This document shows positions 12,046-22,417 of a stretch of DNA of 64,000 nt, in pieces (the first letter of the stretch is position 1; each line of letters opens with the position of its first letter). This DNA is from an uncultured Planctomycetota bacterium (GTDB lineage Bacteria; Planctomycetota; Planctomycetia; Gemmatales; Gemmataceae). A program made the position numbers and the translations under genes. The notes beneath the pieces are model-generated. The model was not told the DNA's origin. It ran no database searches and saw only the letters and a program-made list of their open reading frames with translations. Location: assembly GCA_963849325.1 (NCBI GenBank), contig CAWKHF010000001.1, positions 384,001 to 448,000 on the forward strand. Reading direction: 5' to 3'.

Positions 12046-14740
12046 AAGATCCGCCATTCAATTTCTCCATCGCCAACTTCTTCGCCAACTGCAGCGCCTC
12101 GGCGAGCTTGCCGGCGTCCTTGCCACCGGCCTGGGCGATGCCCGTCGGTGGACCACCGCCCTTGCCGCCGACCACCTTCGCCACCTCGCCGACCAGCTTG
12201 CCCGCATGCAGCCCCTTTTTGCCGAGGTCATCCGTGACCAGACTCATCAGCCCGACCTTGCCTTCGTCGGCCCAGCCGACGACAACCACGGCGCTTTTGG
12301 CCTTCTCGCGCAGGCGGTCGAGCTGCTGTCGCATCTGCTCGACGGGCGCCGCCGGCATCTCGCCGACAATGATCTTCGAGCCGTCCGCCTCGACCGCCTG
12401 CGCCAGCAGACGATCGCCGGCGCCGGCCAGGTCGCCGGCCGCTCCCTTGCGCAGCTGGGCCTGCAACTTCTTCACTTCCTCCTGCAAGACCTCGACTCGG
12501 CGCGGCAGGTCGTCCGGCTGGCAGTTGAAGCGCCCGGTCAGTTCGTCCACCACCGCCGCCAGGCGCTGCACGGTGGCGACGGCCTCGCGGCCAGTGACGG
12601 CGACGACGCGGCGCACACCTTTGCCGACCAACTCCTGGCCGACGATCTTGAAGAAGCCTGCCTGTCCGGTGTGGTTCAGGTGCGTGCCGCCGCAAAACTC
12701 GACGGAGTCCTCGCGCGTCGCATCCTCCGGCTTCTGCGGCCCGATGAGCAGCACGCGCACGGGATCGGGGTACTTCTCGCCGAAGACGGCGCGGACGCCG
12801 GGCAGCTTCTTCGCCCCCGCCAACGGCATCGTCACCGCACTTACCGGCAGGTCGAAGTAAATCTTCTCATTGACCAGCCGCTCCACGTCCGCAATCTCCT
12901 GGACTGACAACGGCTTGTCATGCATAAAGTCGAAGCGCGTCTTCTCGGCATCGACCAGCGAGCCGCGCTGCTCGACGTGCTCGCCGAGCACTTTGCGCAG
13001 CGCCCAATTGAGCAAGTGCGTGGCCGTGTGATTGCGCATCGTATCGTAACGCAAACTCCCCACGTCCAGCGTCGCCGCCTGATCGCACTCCAGATAACCT
13101 TCCTTGACTTCGCCGAGGTGCAGTACCGCGTCGCCGAGTCTCTGGGTATCGTAGACCCAAAACTCCCCGGTGGGGGTATCCATGACGCCGTGGTCGCCGA
13201 CCTGGCCGCCCTGCTCGGCGTAGAAGTTCGTTTGATCCAGCAACAGCGCCGCCTCCTCGCCCTCCGGAAGCTGGCCCGAGCGGATAACGACGTTGTCCTT
13301 GACCCAGCCGAGGATCTTGCCATAGGCGGTCAGGCTGCCGTACTTGGGCGCATCGTTCGTCGCCGGCAGCTCGCCGTGGAGGGCGGAGAGGACGATCTTC
13401 GCGCGTCCCTGGCCCGACTTGCGGCGGTGTTCTTCCATCGCCTCCTCGTAGTCCGGCCGGTCCACGTGCATGCCGACCTCGGCCGCCATCTGCTCGGTCA
13501 GGTCGATGGGGAAGCCGTAGGTCGTGTGCAGGTTCGCCGCCTCGTGCCCACCGATGAGGCCGCCATGCTGCTTGCCGCGCTCCACCGCCTCGGCGAAGTG
13601 CGACAGGCCGCGCTGGATCGTCTTGAGGAACTCCGCTTCCTCGGCGCGCAATATGTCCGCCGTCCGCGCCGGATTCGCCTTCAACTCCGGGAACGCTCCT
13701 CCCATCTGCTCGACGACGACCGGAACCAGTTTATAGACGAACGGTTCGCGCAGATCGAAATACTGGTAGCCGAAGCGCACCGCGCGGCGGATGACGCTGC
13801 GCAGCACGGCATCGCGCTTCTTGTTGCCCGGCCGCGCTCCATCGGTGATGGCAAACGTCGCCATGCGCAGGTGGTCCGCGATCACCCGGAAACCTACGTC
13901 ATGCACGTCATCGAGCCGGCCGCCATACTTCTTGCCCGTCAGGTGGCCGATCGCATCCATGATCGGCGTGAACACGTCGGTGTCATAATTGCTCGTTTTG
14001 CCTTGTAGCACCGCGCAGATGCGCTCGAAGCCCATGCCGGTATCGACGTGTTTCGCCGGCAGCGGCGTCAGCTTCTTGTCCGGCCCGCGATTAAACTGGA
14101 TAAAGACGAGGTTCCATATCTCGATTACGTCCGGCGTGCCCTGGTTGACGAGCTTGCCGCCGCTCTTGTCCGGCGTGCGGTCGATGTGGATCTCGGTGCA
14201 GGGACCGCACGGACCCGTCTCGCCCATCTCCCAGAAATTGTCCTTCTTGTTGCCCTTGTGGATGTGCGACGGATCGATGTCCGTCTCGGAGCGCCACAGC
14301 GCCGCCGCCTCGTCGTCGGGCGCCAGGCCCAGTTCCGAATCGCCCTCGAAGACAGTCGCGTGCAGCCGGCTTTTGTCCAGCTTCCACTCTTTCGTTAGCA
14401 GTTCCCACGCCCAGCGGATCGCCTCTTTCTTGAAGTAATCGCCGAACGACCAGTTGCCGAGCATCTCGAAGAAGGTGTGGTGATAGGTGTCCTTGCCAAC
14501 GTCTTCGAGGTCGTTGTGCTTACCGCCGGCGCGGATACACTTCTGCGTGTTGGCCGCGCGCTTGTACGGCCGGGTGCCGGTGCCGAGAAACACGTCCTTG
14601 AACTGGTTCATGCCAGCGTTGCTGAACAGCAGCGTCGGGTCATCGTGCGGCACGACACTGCTGGACGGCACGAACGTGTGACCGTGCTTCTTGACGAAGA
14701 AGTCGAGGAACTGTTGACGGATGTCGTTGGCGGATGGCAT
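12044..14740 (-). CDS. alaS: Alanine--tRNA ligase
   Basis: Intact 898 aa; NAGMNQFK, HHTFFEMLGNWSFGDYFK, DTGMGFER, HTATH and CGGTH editing motifs. Confidence 0.99.
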   Translation of the reverse strand: MPSANDIRQQFLDFFVKKHGHTFVPSSSVVPHDDPTLLFSNAGMNQFKDVFLGTGTRPYKRAANTQKCIRAGGKHNDLEDVGKDTYHHTFFEMLGNWSFGDYFKKEAIRWAWELLTKEWKLDKSRLHATVFEGDSELGLAPDDEAAALWRSETDIDPSHIHKGNKKDNFWEMGETGPCGPCTEIHIDRTPDKSGGKLVNQGTPDVIEIWNLVFIQFNRGPDKKLTPLPAKHVDTGMGFERICAVLQGKTSNYDTDVFTPIMDAIGHLTGKKYGGRLDDVHDVGFRVIADHLRMATFAITDGARPGNKKRDAVLRSVIRRAVRFGYQYFDLREPFVYKLVPVVVEQMGGAFPELKANPARTADILRAEEAEFLKTIQRGLSHFAEAVERGKQHGGLIGGHEAANLHTTYGFPIDLTEQMAAEVGMHVDRPDYEEAMEEHRRKSGQGRAKIVLSALHGELPATNDAPKYGSLTAYGKILGWVKDNVVIRSGQLPEGEEAALLLDQTNFYAEQGGQVGDHGVMDTPTGEFWVYDTQRLGDAVLHLGEVKEGYLECDQAATLDVGSLRYDTMRNHTATHLLNWALRKVLGEHVEQRGSLVDAEKTRFDFMHDKPLSVQEIADVERLVNEKIYFDLPVSAVTMPLAGAKKLPGVRAVFGEKYPDPVRVLLIGPQKPEDATREDSVEFCGGTHLNHTGQAGFFKIVGQELVGKGVRRVVAVTGREAVATVQRLAAVVDELTGRFNCQPDDLPRRVEVLQEEVKKLQAQLRKGAAGDLAGAGDRLLAQAVEADGSKIIVGEMPAAPVEQMRQQLDRLREKAKSAVVVVGWADEGKVGLMSLVTDDLGKKGLHAGKLVGEVAKVVGGKGGGPPTGIAQAGGKDAGKLAEALQLAKKLAMEKLNGGS

Positions 14741-14759
14741 GAAGGCTTCTCGCTAGGCT

Positions 14760-15143
14760 TCACTTGATAAAGCGGATGTTCAAGGGATAACGATAAACTT
14801 CGCCCTTGTTGGCGGCCACGCCGCCCAGGATGCCGAAGACCAGGGTCAGCACCCAGACGGCGAGGTTGAGGGCGCCGAAGGTGAAGCAGATGGTCAGGCC
14901 GCCGAGAAAGTGACCGATCATCATGGTCAGATGGAAGTTGACCGCTTCCTTGCCCTGGTCGTCCACGAAGCGCGACTCGTCTTTCTTCAGGAGCCAGATG
15001 AGGAGCGGGATGAGGAAGCCGAAAATGCCGCCGAGGTGGGCGAACATGGCCATCTGCCGCTCTTGCGCGTTGGAACGGATGCTCGGTAGCCCCGGGGAGT
15101 CGTCCGGTAAGGGGTCGCGGTCGTTGTCCTCGTAGTCGGTCAT
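14760..15143 (-). CDS. DUF4870-like membrane protein
   Basis: AMFAHLGG...PLLIWL...FVDDQGKEAVNF...GEVYRYP. Confidence 0.85.
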   Translation of the reverse strand: MTDYEDNDRDPLPDDSPGLPSIRSNAQERQMAMFAHLGGIFGFLIPLLIWLLKKDESRFVDDQGKEAVNFHLTMMIGHFLGGLTICFTFGALNLAVWVLTLVFGILGGVAANKGEVYRYPLNIRFIK

Positions 15144-15428
15144 GGCTGCTTCTCCGGGAGGTTGCCCTGTCCCCGGCGGGCGGAGGGTTGCGACAGCGGA
15201 CACAGCGATTCGCAGCGGATTATTCTCCGACCTGGCGCCGCTCCCGTCAACGTGACGGCGACCAGAAGCCTCGCCCTCCTCCTCGACACGGCACGCCTCT
15301 CCTCGGTTCGACTCGCCGTCGGCCGCGAAAAACCCGCCCTTTGTGGTTGACTTGCTCCCATCACCCGGCTTTGATGTATCTTTTGTTCCCCTTCGCGTGA
15401 GGTTGACCGAAGAACGTCCTCAAGGAGA

Positions 15429-15899
15429 ATGCGCGTGTCCGCCCATCACCTGGTTCGCCTGGCCCTCGTCCTGTTGACGTTGACATCGCTGTCTCTGCCG
15501 GCCGTGGCGCAGCCGGGCCGGCCCGGACAACCGGGTCGGCCGGGGCAGCCGTTCCAGCCTGTTCGGCCAGGCCAGCCGTTCTCCTCCGGCCCAAGCGACG
15601 CGCAGAAAGCGGGTGCCGCCGCCTGCGGCGGCGCGGCCATCTTCTTCGTCATCGTGATGGTCGCCATCTCCATTGTCACCACGGTTATCTGGGTCTTTGT
15701 CCTGATCTGGGTGGCCAAGGACGCCAGGTCGCGCGGCATGGACAACGGCGCCATGTGGGTGGTCCTCATCCTGTTTACCGGCGTCATTGGCCTGGTTATC
15801 TACATCGTCTCCCGGAACCAGGGCGATCTGGTGATCTGTCGGGAGTGTGGCAACAAGCGTCTGCGCGAGAGCCGTCGATGCCCTCACTGTCGCGCCTGA
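15429..15899 (+). CDS. Membrane protein with PLDc_N-like segment and C-terminal zinc ribbon
   Basis: Signal peptide, PGQ/PGR repeats, WVAKDARSRG transmembrane hairpin, CRECG...CPHC. Confidence 0.7.
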   Translation: MRVSAHHLVRLALVLLTLTSLSLPAVAQPGRPGQPGRPGQPFQPVRPGQPFSSGPSDAQKAGAAACGGAAIFFVIVMVAISIVTTVIWVFVLIWVAKDARSRGMDNGAMWVVLILFTGVIGLVIYIVSRNQGDLVICRECGNKRLRESRRCPHCRA

Positions 15900-16234
15900 G
15901 AGACCCGCGGACCTGGTTGGTGTTGTTCGCCGGCCTCGCCTTGCTGGCCGTGCTGGACTCGTTCCGCGCGCCCGAGCAACAGCGAACCGCCCGGGCCTAC
16001 GTCGGCGCGGTTCATCTTTATCAGAGGGCTGGCCGCCCCGTGCTCCGGGGCCGTGTCGTGTGCCGGTTCACGCCGAGTTGTTCGGATTATTCGATCGAGG
16101 CGGTCGAGCGGCACGGCATTCGTCGAGGGCTGGTCCTGACCGTCAAACGGCTGGCGGCGTGCAACCACGGCACAGCACCGGGCACCTACGATCCGGTGCC
16201 GCCGGAAGAACCAAACCACAAATCACACGAATAA
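15878..16234 (+). CDS. yidD: Membrane protein insertion efficiency factor YidD-like
   Basis: CRFTPSCSDY...RLAACN...YDPVP motif. Confidence 0.85.
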   Translation: MPSLSRLRDPRTWLVLFAGLALLAVLDSFRAPEQQRTARAYVGAVHLYQRAGRPVLRGRVVCRFTPSCSDYSIEAVERHGIRRGLVLTVKRLAACNHGTAPGTYDPVPPEEPNHKSHE

Positions 16235-16332
16235 CACGAATCAAAGACAAAAAAGGCGTCTATAGTGCGCATGTTTCCACGGGCATTCTTTCTTGTCTTT
16301 TATTCGTGTTATTGTCGTGTGATTCGTGGTTT
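16213..16332. repeat. Inverted arrays of ACACGAAT-type short repeats
   Basis: CACACGAATAACACGAAT...ATTCGTGTTATTGTCGTGTGATTCGTGG between convergent yidD and larC. Confidence 0.75.
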
Positions 16333-17502
16333 TTCTCTTGATGAGCACGGCGGACGGCGGCGTAGACCTCGCGCAGGGCGACGCCGTGTTGGCGGGCGAC
16401 GCGGGCGCAGTCGTCGTATTCCGGCGTGAACACGCTCGGCCCACCCTCGCGCCAGCCGCGCTTGCCGCGGACGGGGCCCCACGGCGTCGAGACCGTCACC
16501 GCCTCGCGCTGCAGCTTGCGGCGCTCAACCGGATAACGGCGGATGCCGAACGTCTCCGTCTCGCGGAACAGCACCGCCTCCAGCACCGGCAGAGCGCTCT
16601 CGACGGCCAGCACGCTCAGCAACACGCCGGGCCGATTCTTCTTCATCTGGATCGGCGTGCTGAATACGTCCAGCGCCCCCGCCGCGAACAGCTGATCGAA
16701 GCAGTAGCCGACAACCTCGGCCGCCACATCGTCGAGGTTCGTCTCCAGTATCCAAACGCGGTCATGCTCCTCCGGGTTCGCCGGGCCGGACACCTCGCCG
16801 ACGAATACGCGCAGCAGGTTCGGCTGTTCGAGAAAGTCGCGCTGGCCGGCGCCGTGGCCGATGCGCTCGATCGTCATGACCGGCTGCTCGATCCACTCCT
16901 GCACGATGGTCGTGAGGATGGCGGCGCCGGTCGGCGTCGTCAGCTCGGCCTTGATCGGCGAAGCAGCCAGCGGAACGCCCTTGAGCAGCGCCGCCGTGCC
17001 GGGCGCGGGCACCGGCATCAGGCCGTGCGCGCACTTCACCATGCCGCTGCCGGTCGGCACCGACCGGCTGGTGATGCGCTCGGCACCCAGCAGGTCCAGG
17101 GCGATGGCGACGCCAGCGATGTCGGCGATGCTGTCGAGAGCGCCGACCTCGTGGAAGTGGACTTTCTCCAGCGGCATGCCGTGGGCGGCGGACTCCGCTT
17201 CGGCCAGGCGGCGGAAGATGCGCAGGGCCAGGTCGCGCTGCGAGGACGTCGAGCTGGCCGCGACCCAAAATCTCTTCCACGTCCGGCAGATGGCGATGCG
17301 CGTGCTCCTCGGGAGCGTCGATGGTGACCTGCGTGGCCGCGAAGCCGCCCTTGCGTACTCGGGCCACGTCGAGACGGATCGGCAGGCCCAACGACGCGAG
17401 GCCGTGGCGGACGGACTCGACATCCACGCCCGCGTCGAACAGCGCCGCCAGCGTCATGTCGCCGCTGAGTCCACTGAAACAATCGAAATGCAGTCCACGC
17501 AC
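16260..17502 (-). CDS. larC: Nickel pincer cofactor biosynthesis protein LarC (frameshifted)
   Basis: FDCFSGLSGDM, His-rich segment, VHFHEVGALDSIAD, ELTTPTGAA, MKKNRPG, PEYDDC. Confidence 0.93.
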
Positions 17503-17583
17503 CGTAGAATCCTCCCGTGTCGGAGTGATTCTACAGCGCCGGAGAGAGGCGCCCAAGGGGCAGGGCGAGAAACCACCCAGCAG

Positions 17584-18590
17584 CTAGCGCAGAGGAATGG
17601 CGGCCGGCGTCGGCGCGACGAGCGGTTGCGGTGTGGAATGGCCCTCGACCTCGGCCGCGGCGCTCAGCGGAGGCAACGGAACGCCTGGCAAGACGGTGGT
17701 CGGTGCAGTCGGCGGCGTGCTCGGCGTACTCGGGACCGAAGCGGTGGCCGGGGCAACGGAAGGAAGCGGGCTGCCCTGGGGTAGCAGAGCCGAAGGCGTA
17801 GGCGCGGCGCCTGGGGTCTGGTAAGAGGTTTGCACAACCGTCGCTCCCGGCGCGGCCGGCAGCGTGCTCCGCTGGGCCAGCGACGTGCCCAGGTTCGGAT
17901 CCTTCTGCATGGCCACTTCCAGGTAGCGCCGACTCAATTCGGGTTGATGCAAATGGTCCAGCGTCTGCGCCAGCCGATAGTGTCCCAGGGCGTCGCCGCT
18001 GGAGCGGACGAAGCAATCCAGGCTCTCCGGATAGCGGCCGGTCTGGGCCAGCACGACGCCCAGCGTGTTGAGATAACCGCGGTTGGCCGGCTCCAGCTGC
18101 GCCGCTCGGCTCAGGCAGTCCGTCGCGGACACCCAGTCCTTTTGGCGGTTGTAGTTCACGCCCAGTTCGTACCAGAGGGAGGCATTACTGGGAGCGATCT
18201 GGAGGGCTTTCTGATAGGTCTCCACGGCGCCAGCGGATCTTGCATGGCCGTGTACAGGCGGGCCAGGGATTGATAGGCCGGCACGTACTTGGGATCGTTC
18301 TTGATGGCGCGCTCGTAATCCTGGCGTGCGGCCTCGAGGACTTGCTGCTGCCGGGCCGGCGGGAAGTCCGGCGCCAACGCCTCGCCCGCCTTGAAATCGC
18401 CCCACGACACCAGCACGGCGGGCGGCGGCTCTTTCACCGGCTGAGTCGCCGCTTTCTTGATCCGGCTGGGGTCGATCGGCGTCTGGTTGGCTACCTGCAC
18501 CGACGGCGGCACGGTCGTCACCTGATGCTGACAGCCCGCCGCGCCGCCCAGCAGGCACAAAGTCAGCCCCAACGTCCGGCGACAATCCAT
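17584..18590 (-). CDS. TPR-repeat lipoprotein with Pro-rich tail (TadD/pilotin-like candidate; indel near 18230)
   Basis: Lipobox-like AAGC, several TPR helix pairs, last gene of the tad run. Confidence 0.7.
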
Positions 18591-18611
18591 GTCGGAACCT
18601 CCTCGGGACTT

Positions 18612-19953
18612 CTACTTGAATTCGCGGATGAAGCTGGTTGCCGCCTCGGCGATGAGATCGCGCGTCAATTGAACCGGCTGTCGTCTGAATCGACAAATCG
18701 ACTGAACCGTCTCCAGCAAATCGCGGCAATCGCTGGCGCGAGGACAACGACCGCGATTGTAATAATTGTTCATACATGTAATCGATGGCGGCGGGACACT
18801 GGTTCATGCCCAGGCGCTTGGCGTAGCTGTGGAAGATGCGCTCATAGATGTCGCGCTTGGGAGCGGTGATCTCCAGCTTGTGCCTCATGCGGCGCAGGAA
18901 GGCGTCGTCCACCAGGTCCTTGGGATCGAGGTTGGTGGAGAACATGGTCAGCTGCTCGAACGGCACCTGGAACTTCTGGCCGGAGGCCAGCGACAGGTAA
19001 TCGATGCGGTTTTCCAGCGGTACGATCCAGCGATTGAGCAGCTCCTTGGGACTGCACAGCTGACGGCCGAAGTCGTCGATGAGGAAGACTCCGCCGTTGG
19101 CCTTGACGTGCATCGGCGCCTGATAATAGTTCGATTCGGGCGAATACTTCAAATCGAGCATGGACAGGTTCAGCTCGCCGCCGGTGATGATGACCGGACG
19201 CTTGATCTTGACCCAGCGCGCGTCCACGGTGCCGGTATTGAGCAGGCGGCGGATGGTCGCCTCGTTGTCCTCCAGGCGCGTCGAGGGCCCCTCCTCGGCC
19301 GCTTCGTGTACGGCCTGATCGTAGACGGTGACGATGTTGTTCTCGGCGAGGAAGGCGTAGGGCACGAAGATCTCGCCGCCCGAGGTGTTCATGAAGGCGC
19401 CGATGGACTGGGCCATGGCGGTCTTGCCGTTGCCGGGCGGGCCGTAGATGAACACCGACTTGCCGCTGACGATGGCCGGGCCGACCGCGTTGAACAATTC
19501 ATCGCTGACGACGAGATGGGCGAAGGCGGCGCGCAGCGATTCGGGCGAGACCTCGATGGCGGTGACGGCCTGGCGATAGACCTGCTCGACGTAATCCTCC
19601 AACGGCACCGGCGCCGGGCCGACGTAGGCGCACTGCTCCAGCGACTCCTGGGCGCGACGACGGCCCAGCTCGGTCAGGCTGAAGCGGTAGCTGATGCGGC
19701 CGATCAGGTCGCCGCCCAGCACCTCGACGCACTTCTCGTTTTTGAGGAAGGTCAGCGATTCTTCAACGATCTTGAACGGCAGGCACAGGACGCGCGACAG
19801 GTCCAGGCCGAGCATGCCGCCGCGCACGTACAGGGTGCGCAGGATCAGGTCGTTGAGAAAGCCCAGCAGCAGACCCGTCTGCTGCATGTTCTCCGGAGCG
19901 CTGGGCGCCTCCGGCAGTCCGCTGCTGTCCCAGTCCATTCCGCTTCGTTTCAT
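18612..19953 (-). CDS. AAA+ ATPase (tad-locus associated)
   Basis: GPPGNGKT Walker A, FLIDDFGRQ Walker B, STN sensor, AFLRR arginine finger; indel near 18765. Confidence 0.85.
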
Positions 19954-19997
19954 CGTTTGCACGTCACGAACCCCCCATTGGGCACGAGAGCCTTCCT

Positions 19998-20264
19998 TTA
20001 CTGTAGCTTGCGAATCATGACGAAAAGAGCCACGCACATGGCGCCGGCACAAAATTGCACCACGCGCGTTCGGCCGCCGCCGGCGAACCACTTGCCGAAG
20101 CTGAAACCCTCCGCCAACAGGACCGGAGCCGTCACGGCGTCCACGTCGGCGCGGACCACGGCGAACGATCCCGGCCGCTCGGACGCATCGGCCGGCGCCG
20201 CCGCCGTCGTCGTCAACAACAGCAGAGCGGTCAACAAAACCCGTCGGTGACAGGACATCGTCAT
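19998..20264 (-). CDS. Small hypothetical protein with signal peptide and C-terminal transmembrane helix
   Basis: GGAGG RBS; hydrophobic N- and C-termini. Confidence 0.55.
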   Translation of the reverse strand: MTMSCHRRVLLTALLLLTTTAAAPADASERPGSFAVVRADVDAVTAPVLLAEGFSFGKWFAGGGRTRVVQFCAGAMCVALFVMIRKLQ

Positions 20265-20374
20265 GGCGCTGCCTCCCATTGCTTCTCGATCTCTCGTCTC
20301 CGCACTGAACGGGACATCGGGGAAAAAGAAAAGGCCAGAGCGGGCCTGTGTAAAGCCCTCCCTGGCCCGTCGTT

Positions 20375-20460
20375 AGTTCTGAGTTCTGAGTTCTGAGTTC
20401 TGAGTGAAAAACGACAACTAGCGTCTTTCACTCAGAACTCAGAACTCAGAACTCAGAACT
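20375..20460. repeat. Inverted tandem heptamer arrays (GTTCTGA)n / (TCAGAAC)n
   Basis: Four units on each side of a short core. Confidence 0.95.
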
Positions 20461-20466
20461 TTGGGC

Positions 20467-21201
20467 TTACCGGCCAGCTCCGGCTCCGCCGCCGGTGCCG
20501 GTGCCGGACCCGCCGGAAACATTGGCGCCGCCGGTGCTACCCATGTTGCCGCCCATGCCGCCCATGCCGCCGCCCATGCCGCCGCCCATGCCGCCGCCCA
20601 TGCCGCCGGCCATGCCGCCCATGCCGCCCATGCCGCCACCCATGCCGCCGCCCATGCCACCCATCATGGGTAGACCGCCCATGAAGCGGAAGTACATCTG
20701 CGACACACTCTGGTTGACCGGCGTAGACGCCAGGTCCACCTGGGCCGGGTCATGCACGACGATATGGAACGCCAGCGGTCGGCCGGCGGTCTGGGCCGCC
20801 AGGTACGCCTGCACGGCCGCGATCCGTCGTCCGTCCAGCGTCTGCCGCATCTCGACCAGCTTCTCCGGCACCGTCTGATCGTAGACCAGATCCTGAGCCG
20901 TCTGCAGATACAACGCCGTGTCGGGGCACGGCCGGCGTCGCGCCAGGTTGGCCAGGCGCTCCAGCCCCCCGGTCGTCAGCTTGTCCGTACCCGGCTCGAA
21001 GTAGTAGTTCCAAACCGTCTGATCGAGCACGTGTCCGTTCTGCACCTGCGGCGCGATGGCGGCGTTGAGTTCCTGACGCGCCATGTAGTTGTAGCGCATC
21101 GGATAGCACGGATCGACACAGGTATCCGGCAGACAGCCCAGGCCGGCCGCCGACACGACGCCGCACAGGACGGCCGCCGACTTGTTGATGAATCCTTTCA
21201 T
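20467..21201 (-). CDS. Hypothetical lipoprotein-like protein with Gly/Met-rich tail
   Basis: GLGC lipobox-like, VDPCYPMRY...QNGHVLDQTVWN core, (GGGM/GGM)n C-terminus. Confidence 0.75.
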   Translation of the reverse strand: MKGFINKSAAVLCGVVSAAGLGCLPDTCVDPCYPMRYNYMARQELNAAIAPQVQNGHVLDQTVWNYYFEPGTDKLTTGGLERLANLARRRPCPDTALYLQTAQDLVYDQTVPEKLVEMRQTLDGRRIAAVQAYLAAQTAGRPLAFHIVVHDPAQVDLASTPVNQSVSQMYFRFMGGLPMMGGMGGGMGGGMGGMGGMAGGMGGGMGGGMGGGMGGMGGNMGSTGGANVSGGSGTGTGGGAGAGR

Positions 21202-21221
21202 CGTCCTTCACTCCTTTTTCA

Positions 21222-21309
21222 AGTTCTGAGTTCTGAGTTCTGAGTTCTGAGTGAAAAAACAATCCACTTGCTTCTTTCACTCAGAACTCAGAACTCAGAA
21301 CTCAGAACT
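21222..21309. repeat. Inverted tandem heptamer arrays (GTTCTGA)n / (TCAGAAC)n
   Basis: Four units on each side. Confidence 0.95.
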
Positions 21310-21313
21310 CTAC

Positions 21314-22264
21314 TTACTTCATCATCGTCTTCATGATGCTGATGGCCGCCGGCCCCACGAGGACCACGAAGATCCCCGGGAAGATGAACAGCACCAGCGG
21401 GAAGATCAACTGCACCGCCGTCTTGGCGGCCTTCTCCTCGGCCAACTGCTTGCGCCGCGTCCGCATCGAATCGGACTGCACGCGCAGCGCCTGGGCGATG
21501 CTCGAGCCGAAACGATCGGCCTGGATGAGGATGGCCGCCAGGCTGCGCACGTCATCGACGCCGGTGCGCACGCCCAGGTCGTGCAGCACCTCGCGGCGCG
21601 GCCGGCCCATCTGCAGCTGGAAGTTGGCCAGCGAAAACTCCTCGGCGATCACCTTGGCGTGGTCCTTCATCTCGTCGCACACCTTGCGCATGGCCGCGTC
21701 CAGGCCCAGGCCGCTCTCCACGCACACCACCAGCAGGTCCAGGGCGTCCGGCAGGGACAGGAAGATTTCCTCCTGGCGCTTCTTGCGCAGGAACCACAGC
21801 ACCAGGCTGGGCAGGTAAAAGCCGATGCCGCCGAAGATGCCGATCGGCTTCAGCGCCGCCATCGTGAAGCCGTGCTTGGGCAAGAAGATGGCCAGCGCCC
21901 AGCAGCAAGAAGCCGACCAGCACGGCCAAGCGCAGGCCGAGGTAGACCGCCACCGCCGAATCGCTGCGGAAGCCGGCGTTGGCCAGCTTGATCTTCAGCT
22001 CCGATTGCTCCAGCTCCGTCTGCGGCATCAGCGGCCCGGACAGGGCCTTGGCCGTCTCCATGACGCCCTGGAAGCGTTCCTTCTTCAGCTTGGGGTCCTC
22101 GATCTCGGCCAGCGAGGCCGGCCGGCTCGATGCGGTCCAGCCGCTCCTGGGCGCGGCTGTTGCGGTTGGAGATCATGCGACAGGACGGCGAAGACGCCGG
22201 CCACGAGCCCGCCGAACACCAGCAGCGGGATCATTTCCTGTAAGCCGACTAGGGCAAAGACCAC
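21314..22264 (-). CDS. tadC: Tad pilus inner-membrane protein TadC (T2SSF domain; frameshifted)
   Basis: LPDALDLLVVCVESGLGLD...QADRFGSSIAQALR...AEEKAAK. Confidence 0.92.
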
Positions 22265-22281
22265 GACGCACCTCCCACTTG

Positions 22282-22416
22282 AGCAATCAGCAATCAGCGA
22301 TCAGCAATCAGCAGCCCGTTCTCAACGATTACCGATGAAATCGACTTTTCGCATCTCTCAGCGTGAAAAACTTTACGCCGTCTTCGCTGATCGCTGATCG
22401 CTGATCGCTGACAGCT
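22282..22416. repeat. Inverted tandem heptamer arrays (GCRATCA)n / (TGATCGC)n
   Basis: AGCAATCAGCAATCAGCGATCAGCAATCAGC...GCTGATCGCTGATCGCTGATCGCTGACAGC. Confidence 0.9.
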
Positions 22417-22417
22417 T

